Origin: a virus
Virus record (IMG/VR): IMGVR_UViG_3300045988_039851
Strand: one strand, 5' to 3'
DNA: 58,579 nucleotides
A program made the translations under genes and the position numbers. Positions 44,148 through 51,930 of this stretch are shown in pieces; the first letter of the stretch is position 1; every line of letters begins with the position of its first letter. The notes under the pieces are model-generated. The model was given only the letters and a program-made list of their open reading frames with translations. It was not told the DNA's origin and searched no databases.

Positions 44148-45245
44148 ATGCCAGAATTGACAGGAAACAATCTTGTCGAAAAGAGCAAGGCATTGGTTTG
44201 GGCGAAGTTTACGGACTACACAGCAGGCGAGCTTCGGCTGCTTGAGGTCTATCTGAGCCGTATCAATCCGAGAGACCCAGAAAGCTCTAACGTGTCGTTT
44301 ACGCTGGCTGAATATTGCAAGCTGCTGGATTTGAAGCTCAATTCAAAGAACTTGAAGTCGCAAGTTAAGCACTTTTTGGGCAACGTGGTTTCAGTACCAC
44401 TGAATACAGATGGAACGGAATATGTGATGTATCCACTGTTCACAAAGGCAGAGGTTAAGTTCAATCGGGAATCCTTGTCCTATGATGTTTCAATTAACTG
44501 CAATCCTGACTTACGGCCTGTGTTCTTCGATATTGCAAGAAGCGGCTACGTCAAATATCGCCTGCGCTATACGATTGGGATGAAACAGCAAGCATCTATT
44601 CTGATGTACAGCATGATTCGAGATTGGATGAATCGCTCTCTAACATCGAACAAGATTGGTTTGAAGCAGCTGCGTGACCACTTGGGGGCAAACGATGCAA
44701 GTTATGACGATTTCCGGGCTTTGCGCCGCAGAGTTCTTGAACCAGCAGTGGAAGAGATCAGCAATGTTTCAGACATTGTCGTTGACTTTGAAAAGATTTG
44801 CACAGGGCGAAAGGTAGTAGCAGTTGAGTTTCGATTCGGGTACAAATCCAAGCAGCCCGTCATAGATGCCGATTCTAGCGAGGTTGATTGTGAGACGGCT
44901 AATTCCAAGCCGGAAATCAAAAAAGCCGCCAGAAAACCCTGCACAAGCGGATATGAGGATTTCGACTGGTCTGTGTGTGACGAGCTAGAAAAGCAAGACT
45001 GCATTGACGTGGCGAAGGTAGTTGAGAAGTGGATGAAGAAAGAGCATCCTGAAATCAAGCTGCCGAGACGCAGAGAAGCGGTTTATGAGACGGTGAAAGC
45101 CGCATACAATGACATCTTGTCTTTGGACAGGTCTCCGTTCCCTGACAGACCCGTTGGCTATCTGATTAGAAGCGTGGACAAGGCAGGTATCGTAGACAGG
45201 TATATGCCAGCGTTCTATTCCATTGAAGCACTTAGCAGCAAATAA
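44148..45245 (+). CDS. repB: Plasmid replication initiator (Rep_3/RepB-like)
   Basis: 365 aa with N-terminus NNLVEKSKALVWAKFTDYTAGELRLLEVYLSRINPRDP. It immediately follows its iterons. Confidence 0.75.
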   Translation: MPELTGNNLVEKSKALVWAKFTDYTAGELRLLEVYLSRINPRDPESSNVSFTLAEYCKLLDLKLNSKNLKSQVKHFLGNVVSVPLNTDGTEYVMYPLFTKAEVKFNRESLSYDVSINCNPDLRPVFFDIARSGYVKYRLRYTIGMKQQASILMYSMIRDWMNRSLTSNKIGLKQLRDHLGANDASYDDFRALRRRVLEPAVEEISNVSDIVVDFEKICTGRKVVAVEFRFGYKSKQPVIDADSSEVDCETANSKPEIKKAARKPCTSGYEDFDWSVCDELEKQDCIDVAKVVEKWMKKEHPEIKLPRRREAVYETVKAAYNDILSLDRSPFPDRPVGYLIRSVDKAGIVDRYMPAFYSIEALSSK

Positions 45246-45260
45246 AGAAAGGATGATAAA

Positions 45261-45512
45261 ATGGCAAAAGTTCAAAGTTCCGTTTTGTACAGAGAAGTGG
45301 CGAAATTGCGAAACGACTTCGATTGTAACAGAGTTGAGTTTTTCACCGTTGGGGACGGAATTGATACGCCAATTCATGTAATGGTCGGTTCTCGCGGGCA
45401 CGGCACTGTAGAACCAGACGAAGCGATTGAGGAAGGAAAGGCGCTAATTGAAGCTGGTAAGGCAGCAAAAAAATTTAAGTACAATGGTTATTTTGTAATG
45501 TGGGGAGAATAA
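45261..45512 (+). CDS. Hypothetical protein
   Basis: 83-aa ORF between rep and parA. Confidence 0.55.
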   Translation: MAKVQSSVLYREVAKLRNDFDCNRVEFFTVGDGIDTPIHVMVGSRGHGTVEPDEAIEEGKALIEAGKAAKKFKYNGYFVMWGE

Positions 45513-45514
45513 AA

Positions 45515-46285
45515 ATGGCAAAAATTATAGCTGTCGCCAACCAGAAAGGCGGCGCAGGAAAGACCACCACAAGCACCTGTCTGGCTGGTGCGTTACAGTT
45601 GCTTGGCAAGAAAGTCCTGCTGGTGGACTGCGATGCCCAGTGCAACGCAACGGATACTTACGGCGCACAGACAGAGGACGTATGTACCCTGTTTGACGTG
45701 ATGACCCGGCAAGGCACGGCCGAAGAAGGAATCCAGCACTGTGAAGCTGGTGACATTCTGCCATCCGACAGCGCATTGAAGGACATTGACGAGCAGCTTG
45801 TCCGGGACATTGGCAAGAACTTCCGGCTGCGAGAAGCCCTTGAAAGCGTATCCGAGCAGTACGATTATATTGTGCTGGACACTCCCCCGCAGCTTGGTCT
45901 TGCGCTTGTGAACGCACTGATCGCCGCCAACAGCATTATCGTTCCCATCACAGCAGACCGATACGCACTGGCTGGTTTGAGCCAGCTTTCGCAGACCATC
46001 GGCGATGTTCGCAGATATTTCAATCCGACTTTGAAGATTGAAGGATTGCTTCTGAACCAGTACAAGAGCCGTGAGAACCTGTCCAAAGAGGTTGTGGAGC
46101 AGCTTCCTGTGATTGCACAGAGTATGGGAACAACCCTGCTGGACGTGAAGATTAGACCGTCTATGGGCGTTCGCAAGGCGCAGGCAGAGCGGCACAGCCT
46201 GTTTAGCGGCGACACGGCAAAGAGTACCAGCGCAGAGGATTTCAAAGAGCTGGCAAAGAAGATTGTGGAAGGAGAAGAAAAATGA
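45515..46285 (+). CDS. parA: ParA/Soj-type partition ATPase
   Basis: MAKIIAVANQKGGAGKTTTS deviant Walker A; ATG follows GGGGAG. Confidence 0.9.
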   Translation: MAKIIAVANQKGGAGKTTTSTCLAGALQLLGKKVLLVDCDAQCNATDTYGAQTEDVCTLFDVMTRQGTAEEGIQHCEAGDILPSDSALKDIDEQLVRDIGKNFRLREALESVSEQYDYIVLDTPPQLGLALVNALIAANSIIVPITADRYALAGLSQLSQTIGDVRRYFNPTLKIEGLLLNQYKSRENLSKEVVEQLPVIAQSMGTTLLDVKIRPSMGVRKAQAERHSLFSGDTAKSTSAEDFKELAKKIVEGEEK

Positions 46286-46713
46286 AATTGATTGACGCAG
46301 AACCGCTTGAAAAAAAATTCAAAGGATGGATAGAACAAATCAAGAAAGAATATCCGTTCGGGAAAATAGAAGATATTGATGGAGTGGAATCGTGCCTTGC
46401 TGAGCTGGAAGATGCGCCAGCTATTAGCTTGGATGAGCTTACAGATAGCGATAGGTGGATCAGTGTTTCAGATAGACTTCCAGAAAGGTGCAAGACCCCA
46501 TGCCCTCGTGGAAACAATCCTGATTTTAGCAATGTAAGCGAAACCGTATGGATTTGCACGCAGGAAGGGTATACGATGGAAGGTAAGTTGGAGGGCAATT
46601 CTTGGTTTGATGATATGGGGCAGTGCCTTTCAGACTATTTTGAAGATATGGCAGGTCATCATGTCACGCATTGGATGCCTCTGCCTAAGCCGCCAAAGGA
46701 GGATGTAGAATGA
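46282..46713 (+). CDS. DUF551-like protein
   Basis: 143 aa with WISVSDRLPE and a C-terminal VTHWMPLPKPPKE. Overlaps parA by 4 nt. Confidence 0.55.
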   Translation: MKLIDAEPLEKKFKGWIEQIKKEYPFGKIEDIDGVESCLAELEDAPAISLDELTDSDRWISVSDRLPERCKTPCPRGNNPDFSNVSETVWICTQEGYTMEGKLEGNSWFDDMGQCLSDYFEDMAGHHVTHWMPLPKPPKEDVE

Positions 46714-47282
46714 AATCAACCAGCAAAAAATCCTCAGGTCTGCTTGGCGGGTTTGATTTTCAGCCTATTTTTTTGGAACCTGTGTTAAGCCGAAGTGAGT
46801 CAAAGGAAGAAGAAGTAAGCCAAGCAAAGCCGAACGAAGCCGAACAAGCACAGATTAAGCCCAGTGAAGCCACAGACAGCCATGCACGGCCTAATGAAGC
46901 ACAGTTAAGCAGTATTAAGCCGAAGCAAGCCAAAGACAGCGAAACACAGCCAAACAATGCCGTAGTAAGCGAAAGTAAGCCAAAAAAGCTGAAACAGGCG
47001 AAGGAAGTTCAACGCCTTATCGAACAAGGCGATGTTCCCGGCGCACTAGCCGAAGCTGGCCTGACAAAGAAAAAAATCCCGATGCCAGAATCGCATCAGG
47101 GCGTTGCAAGCGGAGACGGCAAGCGTTCCAAGCGCATTACCATCCTTATGAGCGAGGAAGAGCGCAAGTATATCAACCGTGAAGCAAGGCGACACGGCAT
47201 GACGATTGGACAGTTCGTGTACGCTCTGGCGGTTGCGGCAGCAGAGGGAAAGATTGAATTGGAGGACTTCTTGGAGGATTGA
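46710..47282 (+). CDS. Ribbon-helix-helix protein (ParG/MobC-like) with six 10-aa repeats
   Basis: C-terminus KRITILMSEEERKYINREARRHGMTIGQFVYALA; repeats S-x-x-K-P-x-E-A-x-x. Confidence 0.65.
   Translation: MKSTSKKSSGLLGGFDFQPIFLEPVLSRSESKEEEVSQAKPNEAEQAQIKPSEATDSHARPNEAQLSSIKPKQAKDSETQPNNAVVSESKPKKLKQAKEVQRLIEQGDVPGALAEAGLTKKKIPMPESHQGVASGDGKRSKRITILMSEEERKYINREARRHGMTIGQFVYALAVAAAEGKIELEDFLED
46818..46997 (+). repeat. Six tandem 30-bp units, each of three 10-bp AGC-phased subunits
   Basis: 14 of 17 consecutive 10-bp windows (46811-46980) end in AGC, and 2 more end in GGC/TGC. Confidence 0.85.
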
Positions 47283-47314
47283 CGATAAAAGTTAAGGTTT
47301 AGAAAGGATTTGCT

Positions 47315-47572
47315 ATGACTTACGGAGAAATGAACAACTATATCACCCATATTAGTGACAATGACTTGGTTGCGTTGTGCAAGAGCGTTTACGAGTTCAA
47401 GAATGGAAACGGAGTGTTGGAGCCCACTTCGACACTCAAGATTTTATCAGAAAATTTACAGTTTCCCGATGTGAGAGCGTTGGAATATGCCATTACGGAA
47501 GAAGCGCATAAACGATACGGTCAAATTGTTTTACTTCTTATGAAAGACGCTCCGGCGCATTATTTGAAATAA
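47315..47572 (+). CDS. Hypothetical protein
   Basis: 85-aa ORF with RBS AGAAAGGA. Confidence 0.55.
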   Translation: MTYGEMNNYITHISDNDLVALCKSVYEFKNGNGVLEPTSTLKILSENLQFPDVRALEYAITEEAHKRYGQIVLLLMKDAPAHYLK

Positions 47573-47612
47573 CAATAAGAGCTGAGATTTCTGAATCTTT
47601 TGGAAGACTGAT

Positions 47613-47768
47613 ATGACGAAACAAGAGCAAGTTGCAAGAATTGCAAAATACTACACAACCTTCCACCTTTTTGGAGATTGGTACCTTGTTCGGCGTTGGG
47701 CTAGACACTGCCATAGTTGGAAGCGGTTCATTCCATTGTATATGCTAATGCACATTAAAGAAGAATAA
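47613..47768 (+). CDS. Small hypothetical protein (51 aa)
   Basis: ATG follows GGAAG; translated by hand (MTKQEQVARIAKYYTTFHLFGDWYL..). Confidence 0.4.
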   Translation: MTKQEQVARIAKYYTTFHLFGDWYLVRRWARHCHSWKRFIPLYMLMHIKEE

Positions 47769-47778
47769 TCTATGTGAG

Positions 47779-48198
47779 ATGAGAAAAATGCGTACATACA
47801 AGCCACGCAAGCACAGAAGCAAAGAGGAACAAGCTAAAATCAACGCAGAGGTAGCAAAACGTAAAGCAAAACTGGCTGAAAAGTACAATACTGACACGCA
47901 GTATTACAAGGGTATTCCTGTTGAGCTGATTGTAAGAGAGGACTACGGTTGCTACAAAGCAAAGCGTTTCAAAATCAATGGGATCAATCAAAACGTGTGG
48001 ATTCCAAACTGCTATCTTGAAGATGACGGAACAATCAAGGCGAATGTGAACATTGATTTTGTATTCCGTAAGTCTGTAAACCAGTTAAACAAAGCTGGAA
48101 TCACGCAAGCGATTATTGGTATCAAACGTAAAATGCCGGAAGCAGATGTGCCGAATCTCAAAAGCGCAATGCAAAAAATCGGAGATACAGGAACTTGA
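47779..48198 (+). CDS. Hypothetical basic protein
   Basis: 139-aa ORF. Confidence 0.55.
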   Translation: MRKMRTYKPRKHRSKEEQAKINAEVAKRKAKLAEKYNTDTQYYKGIPVELIVREDYGCYKAKRFKINGINQNVWIPNCYLEDDGTIKANVNIDFVFRKSVNQLNKAGITQAIIGIKRKMPEADVPNLKSAMQKIGDTGT

Positions 48199-48209
48199 TA
48201 AAGCACAAA

Positions 48210-48240
48210 CCCCTGTGTAGCCGCAATGACCGCACAGGGG
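48210..48240 (+). other. Hairpin CCCCTGTG..CACAGGGG (left arm shared with the 48735 hairpin)
   Basis: 8-bp stem, no U-run, followed by the RBS of the next gene. Confidence 0.5.
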
Positions 48241-48253
48241 AGAAAGGAAACAC

Positions 48254-48724
48254 ATGGGACAAAAAGTGTTAGGGCACTACGAATCACACTGGTATCTCAA
48301 TGGGACAGGCGGTGACATATACGAAGGTAAGATGGTCTTTCGGGATAAAGATTGGCGTATAAGATATATGCCAAACCAATGCGTTGAAACCTATTATTTT
48401 AGATTAAAGAAAATAAAAGATGATTTTAAGAGCAAAGGGCAAAAAGAAGGAAATTATAAAAACATTGCATGGATAAAATTTTCCGAATTGAATTGGTTTG
48501 AACGAAGAAAGCGTCCAGATTGGTTTAAGGTTCAATTTCTTTCAAATGGACTTGATAGTCCAAAAACACAATGGTATACAGTCCACGATTTGTCTGGTAT
48601 CGAAGAAAAGAAGCATTGGGTTGAGGAAAAACGCCAATACACAATGAAAGAACTTTCAGAGAGAATGCCAGCAGAAGATTTTATCGAGTATATGAAAGAT
48701 AGAGGAATAACGACAATCCGATAA
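48254..48724 (+). CDS. Hypothetical protein
   Basis: 156-aa ORF with RBS AGAAAGGAAA. Confidence 0.6.
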   Translation: MGQKVLGHYESHWYLNGTGGDIYEGKMVFRDKDWRIRYMPNQCVETYYFRLKKIKDDFKSKGQKEGNYKNIAWIKFSELNWFERRKRPDWFKVQFLSNGLDSPKTQWYTVHDLSGIEEKKHWVEEKRQYTMKELSERMPAEDFIEYMKDRGITTIR

Positions 48725-48734
48725 GCGAAAAACA

Positions 48735-48766
48735 CCCCTGCGTAGCCATTAGTGGTTACACAGGGG
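48735..48766. terminator. Hairpin between convergent genes (bidirectional terminator candidate)
   Basis: CCCCTGCGTAGCC..GGTTACACAGGGG, pairing at 11 of 13 positions. Confidence 0.55.
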
Positions 48767-48773
48767 TTCTGCT

Positions 48774-49412
48774 TTACTTATCAGCAATGCAATCCCAGTA
48801 GAGATACGCCTTGCCATCTGCGGCATCCGCGTCCTCAAGGAACGCTTTTGCCATGTCAGCGTAGAAGCCCGGAGTATCAACGGACTGGCGCTTTGCGACC
48901 TGACAATAATCTGAGTACATCATGTTCATGACAGCCCAGAAATCGTTCGGGTCACAGGTGATATTGCGCTGTTTGGCAACGTCCTGCGTCTGTTCCAGCG
49001 TCCAGTGACAACCCTTCGTGCCGTCAGCATTCACCATGCTGTCACACCATTCCTCCGCTTCATCGTGAGTGAGGTGCTGACGCGGCATCTTGATGGAACG
49101 ACTGTCTGCACCGCCAAGTTCGTACTGCCCAGACCGCTTGTCCCAGTCGCCGTTCTGCGAGAAGCCGATTTGCGGCATTTTGCGCCCATACTCAACGTCA
49201 GGGTAGCGGGGGATAGGGTAAGGGTCGATGTAGCGGTTTTCCTCCTGCGGATAGTATGGATAGCGGTCGTTGCCACCTTCCAGCTTACGCAGACGGCGTT
49301 CCATCTCACGCTCCCTGCGGTCACGCTCTTCCTCAAGGCGGTCACGTTCCGGCTCACGGTCTTTGTCGTGGTCACGGAGCATCATCATGCGGCGAAAATT
49401 GTTCTTGCCCAT
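48774..49412 (-). CDS. Cargo-island protein 5: charged Arg/Glu/Asp N-terminus, Pro/Tyr-rich middle, conserved-looking C-terminal domain
   Basis: 212 aa with RBS GAGGAGG. C-terminus HWTLEQTQDVAKQ..MNMMYSDYCQVAK. Confidence 0.65.
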   Translation of the reverse strand: MGKNNFRRMMMLRDHDKDREPERDRLEEERDRREREMERRLRKLEGGNDRYPYYPQEENRYIDPYPIPRYPDVEYGRKMPQIGFSQNGDWDKRSGQYELGGADSRSIKMPRQHLTHDEAEEWCDSMVNADGTKGCHWTLEQTQDVAKQRNITCDPNDFWAVMNMMYSDYCQVAKRQSVDTPGFYADMAKAFLEDADAADGKAYLYWDCIADK

Positions 49413-49425
49413 AATCTATACCTCC

Positions 49426-49797
49426 TCAAGAAATGGACGCGGGCGCACCGGCGTGGGAACGGCAGAAGCAGCCAAGATATTTGAACGTGCTGGTGCCGGT
49501 CGCAGACGTTACAACGCGGGTAGCATAGCGGGTGCGGGTGTGGATGCTTTCAGCGGTTGCCTGAGCGCAGTTGCAGTCGGTCAGGGGGTATGCGGTAGTT
49601 CCTGCACCGATGGTGATGACCACAGGGGCGTTGATGGTGGTCGTGTCCGGCAAAGCCTGAGCAATGACCAGACAATATTTTTCTCCCGCTGCGTAAGAGC
49701 CAGCAGGGATATTGATGGTCAGCGTGTCGTTGGCGAACGTAACAGACTGGCTCAAGACCAGATGGGGGCAGAGTTTGCAGCTTGTTTTGCAAGCCAT
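49426..49797 (-). CDS. Cargo-island protein 4: 123-aa Cys-rich beta-rich protein
   Basis: RBS AGGAGGAAAA. 8 Cys: N-terminal CKTSCKLC, central DCNC, C-terminal GCFC. Confidence 0.65.
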   Translation of the reverse strand: MACKTSCKLCPHLVLSQSVTFANDTLTINIPAGSYAAGEKYCLVIAQALPDTTTINAPVVITIGAGTTAYPLTDCNCAQATAESIHTRTRYATRVVTSATGTSTFKYLGCFCRSHAGAPASIS

Positions 49798-49811
49798 AAT
49801 GTTTTCCTCCT

Positions 49812-49848
49812 AAAAAATCAGGGGCAGAGGTGTCTTACCCCTGCCCCG
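49812..49848 (-). terminator. Rho-independent terminator after the 290-aa gene
   Basis: Minus strand reads GGGGCAG..CTGCCCC followed by TGATTTTTT. Confidence 0.7.
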
Positions 49849-49882
49849 ATGGTTCACCCGGTGTTATCGGGGAGTGTGTTGG

Positions 49883-50755
49883 TTAGCAGCAGCCGCAGCA
49901 GTTCACGCCCACGTTGGGGTTTGCCACCTGATAAGCGGGAATCGGACGAGGATTCACACGGTTCAGGATGGTATCAGTCTGCCGAGACATCACGGTGGTC
50001 AGAAGCGCATTCTGCCGATCCTGAGAAGCCGCGAACTTCAGGCTCTGGTTCTCGGCGGTCAGAGTGGCAATCTTGTCCTGCGTGAAGTAGTCCATCATGC
50101 TGCGGAAGTTGGCGTTGCAGTTGTCCACGATGGCACGGGCGTTGTCTGCGATAGCCTGACGGGTAGCGCAGTCCTCCGTTGCGATGGTGTACTTCAGATC
50201 GCCGATCAGCTGCTTGTTCTCGCAGCAGCAAGATGCCAGCTGCGTGGCAAGTGCGGTCTGACCTGCCTGCCGTGCGTTGCCCTCCTGCATGATGGCAAGG
50301 CTGATGGCATTGTCGCCGTTGGACACGCTGCGTTCCAGACCGTTCACCAGCTGTGCGTTCTGGTAGCCAAGCTGACAGATGGCACTGTTCACGCCCGCAA
50401 AGCCGTTCGCAATGTTGGCGTTGATGCCATTGATCTGTGCCAGCTGGTCATAGCCAAGAGAGCAGATACCGCTCTGGATGCCAGCCAGAGAGCGGGAGGT
50501 GTCCTGCTGGTAGAAGCCCTCAGACAGAGCCGCACGGGTGTCTGCACCGCCCTGACCGGTTGCGCCAGTGCCGACCAGATAGGGGATGTAAGCGTTCATG
50601 CCGTTGTCGCCGCCGTTCCGGCCATAGCCGTTCGTGCCCCAGCCGAAGATGATAGCGAGGATAATAACAGCCCAAAGACCCTCGTTGCCGAAGAATCCGC
50701 CGTTGTTATTGCCGCCGTCCTGCCCAGCCAGATAGCCAGTTGCAAAATCGTCCAT
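49883..50755 (-). CDS. Cargo-island protein 3: Gly/Asn-rich N-terminus with one TM helix, Gln/Asn/Ala-rich body, C-terminal CCGCC
   Basis: 290 aa with RBS AAAGGAG. Has GGFFGNEGLWAVIILAIIFGWG, an internal SCCCEN, and ends VNCCGCC. Confidence 0.7.
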   Translation of the reverse strand: MDDFATGYLAGQDGGNNNGGFFGNEGLWAVIILAIIFGWGTNGYGRNGGDNGMNAYIPYLVGTGATGQGGADTRAALSEGFYQQDTSRSLAGIQSGICSLGYDQLAQINGINANIANGFAGVNSAICQLGYQNAQLVNGLERSVSNGDNAISLAIMQEGNARQAGQTALATQLASCCCENKQLIGDLKYTIATEDCATRQAIADNARAIVDNCNANFRSMMDYFTQDKIATLTAENQSLKFAASQDRQNALLTTVMSRQTDTILNRVNPRPIPAYQVANPNVGVNCCGCC

Positions 50756-50877
50756 AACAAAACTCCTTTCAGTTTTGCGTTATGCTATCCCATCGCCGTA
50801 TGCGATGGGCGAAGCCAAACAAATGCGGTTTTTGTCAAGTCCGCAAAACTGAGAAGCGTTTCGCTTAGAGGAATGCG

Positions 50878-51129
50878 TTATCGGGGCAGCGTCAAATTTA
50901 GGACGCTTGCCAGCTGGTTCAGGTCGATACCGCGCTCTTTGGCGAGGTTCTGCGCCATCGTTCGGAGCTGTGCTTCGTTTTTGCCCTGAATCAGGTTCAA
51001 ACCTTGCATGATAGGAGCATTCTGCCCGCTTAACTGCTGGATAAGCCCCATCGGGTTCTGCCCGGCACGAGCCAGATTTGCAAGCTGCATGATAGGGCTG
51101 TGAGTAATCATATCAATCGGAGAGGGCAT
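50878..51129 (-). CDS. Cargo-island protein 2 (83 aa, Gln/Asn/Leu-rich)
   Basis: RBS AAAGGAGAA. Confidence 0.6.
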   Translation of the reverse strand: MPSPIDMITHSPIMQLANLARAGQNPMGLIQQLSGQNAPIMQGLNLIQGKNEAQLRTMAQNLAKERGIDLNQLASVLNLTLPR

Positions 51130-51132
51130 CGC

Positions 51133-51651
51133 TTATTCTCCTTTCTTTGCGGTGGCAGCGGGCTTCGAAAAGCTCTTCTGCCACTTTTCCAGTTCATCCA
51201 GCCGGTGGACGAGGGCGTTGTACTGCTCAATAGGCACATACTGCTGTGTCGGTGTAGCGGTCTGCTGTGCCTGTTGTGCTTGCATCTGCCTCCACGCTTC
51301 CGGGCTGTAAAACTCTAACACGTCAGATTCACAAGTGTTTGGGTTCAGACGTTTGCAGTAGATGACACCACTACGCAAATCCGGGCAATACGTCCATCTT
51401 CCATACAGATCAGATGGAATTGCCAAAAACTCCTCTCTGCTGGAAACAGGTCTGCCAAGCAACCAACCGCCGTCCTGTGCCGACTGCTGAACAGGCTGCT
51501 GCCCATTCATCGGCTGCGGACGCTGCGGTTGTGCCTGTTGCATCTGCGTGTTGGGCAGGGGAGTGGCAAGCCCAACTGTGCCCATGCCACCGTAAGGATT
51601 GACAGGCTGCTGTGGAACGTAGGGCGCTCCGGGTGCCGGATAATAGCTCAT
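51133..51651 (-). CDS. Cargo-island protein 1: Pro/Gln-rich N-terminus, Cys-containing C-terminal domain
   Basis: ATG at 51651 follows AAGGAGGG. Sequence begins MSYYPAPGAPYVPQQPVNPYGG. Confidence 0.65.
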   Translation of the reverse strand: MSYYPAPGAPYVPQQPVNPYGGMGTVGLATPLPNTQMQQAQPQRPQPMNGQQPVQQSAQDGGWLLGRPVSSREEFLAIPSDLYGRWTYCPDLRSGVIYCKRLNPNTCESDVLEFYSPEAWRQMQAQQAQQTATPTQQYVPIEQYNALVHRLDELEKWQKSFSKPAATAKKGE

Positions 51652-51724
51652 AAAACATCCCTCCTTGTGCATCCAGTGTACTGCATCGGCAAAAAGCAAG
51701 AGACAACAAAGGCACAACGAAGGA

Positions 51725-51768
51725 CAAAAAAGAAAAGCGCCCACACGGAAAAATCCGCATGAGCGCTT
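51725..51768 (-). terminator. Leader terminator/attenuator upstream of the cargo island
   Basis: Minus strand: AAGCGC..GCGCTT stem with an inner GCGG/CCGT helix, then TTTTCTTTTTT. It ends about 75 nt before the ATG at 51651. Confidence 0.55.
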
Positions 51769-51854
51769 AACTGTTAAGGGCCTCACATTGGAAGCGAAAA
51801 TAAAATATCACATTTTGACTTGCAAGACAAGAATTTCGGCAAAACTAGTGCGAA

Positions 51855-51930
51855 TAAAACAAAAATCCCCCACTTTGCCTACAACGTACCCCGCGTGGAA
51901 CGCAGGGCTTCGACAAAGCAGGGGATTTTA
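51855..51930 (-). terminator. Long rho-independent terminator after the sigma-like gene
   Basis: Minus strand: AAAATCCCC..GGGGGATTTTTGTTTT with an inner CCCTGCG/CGCGGGG helix. Confidence 0.65.
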
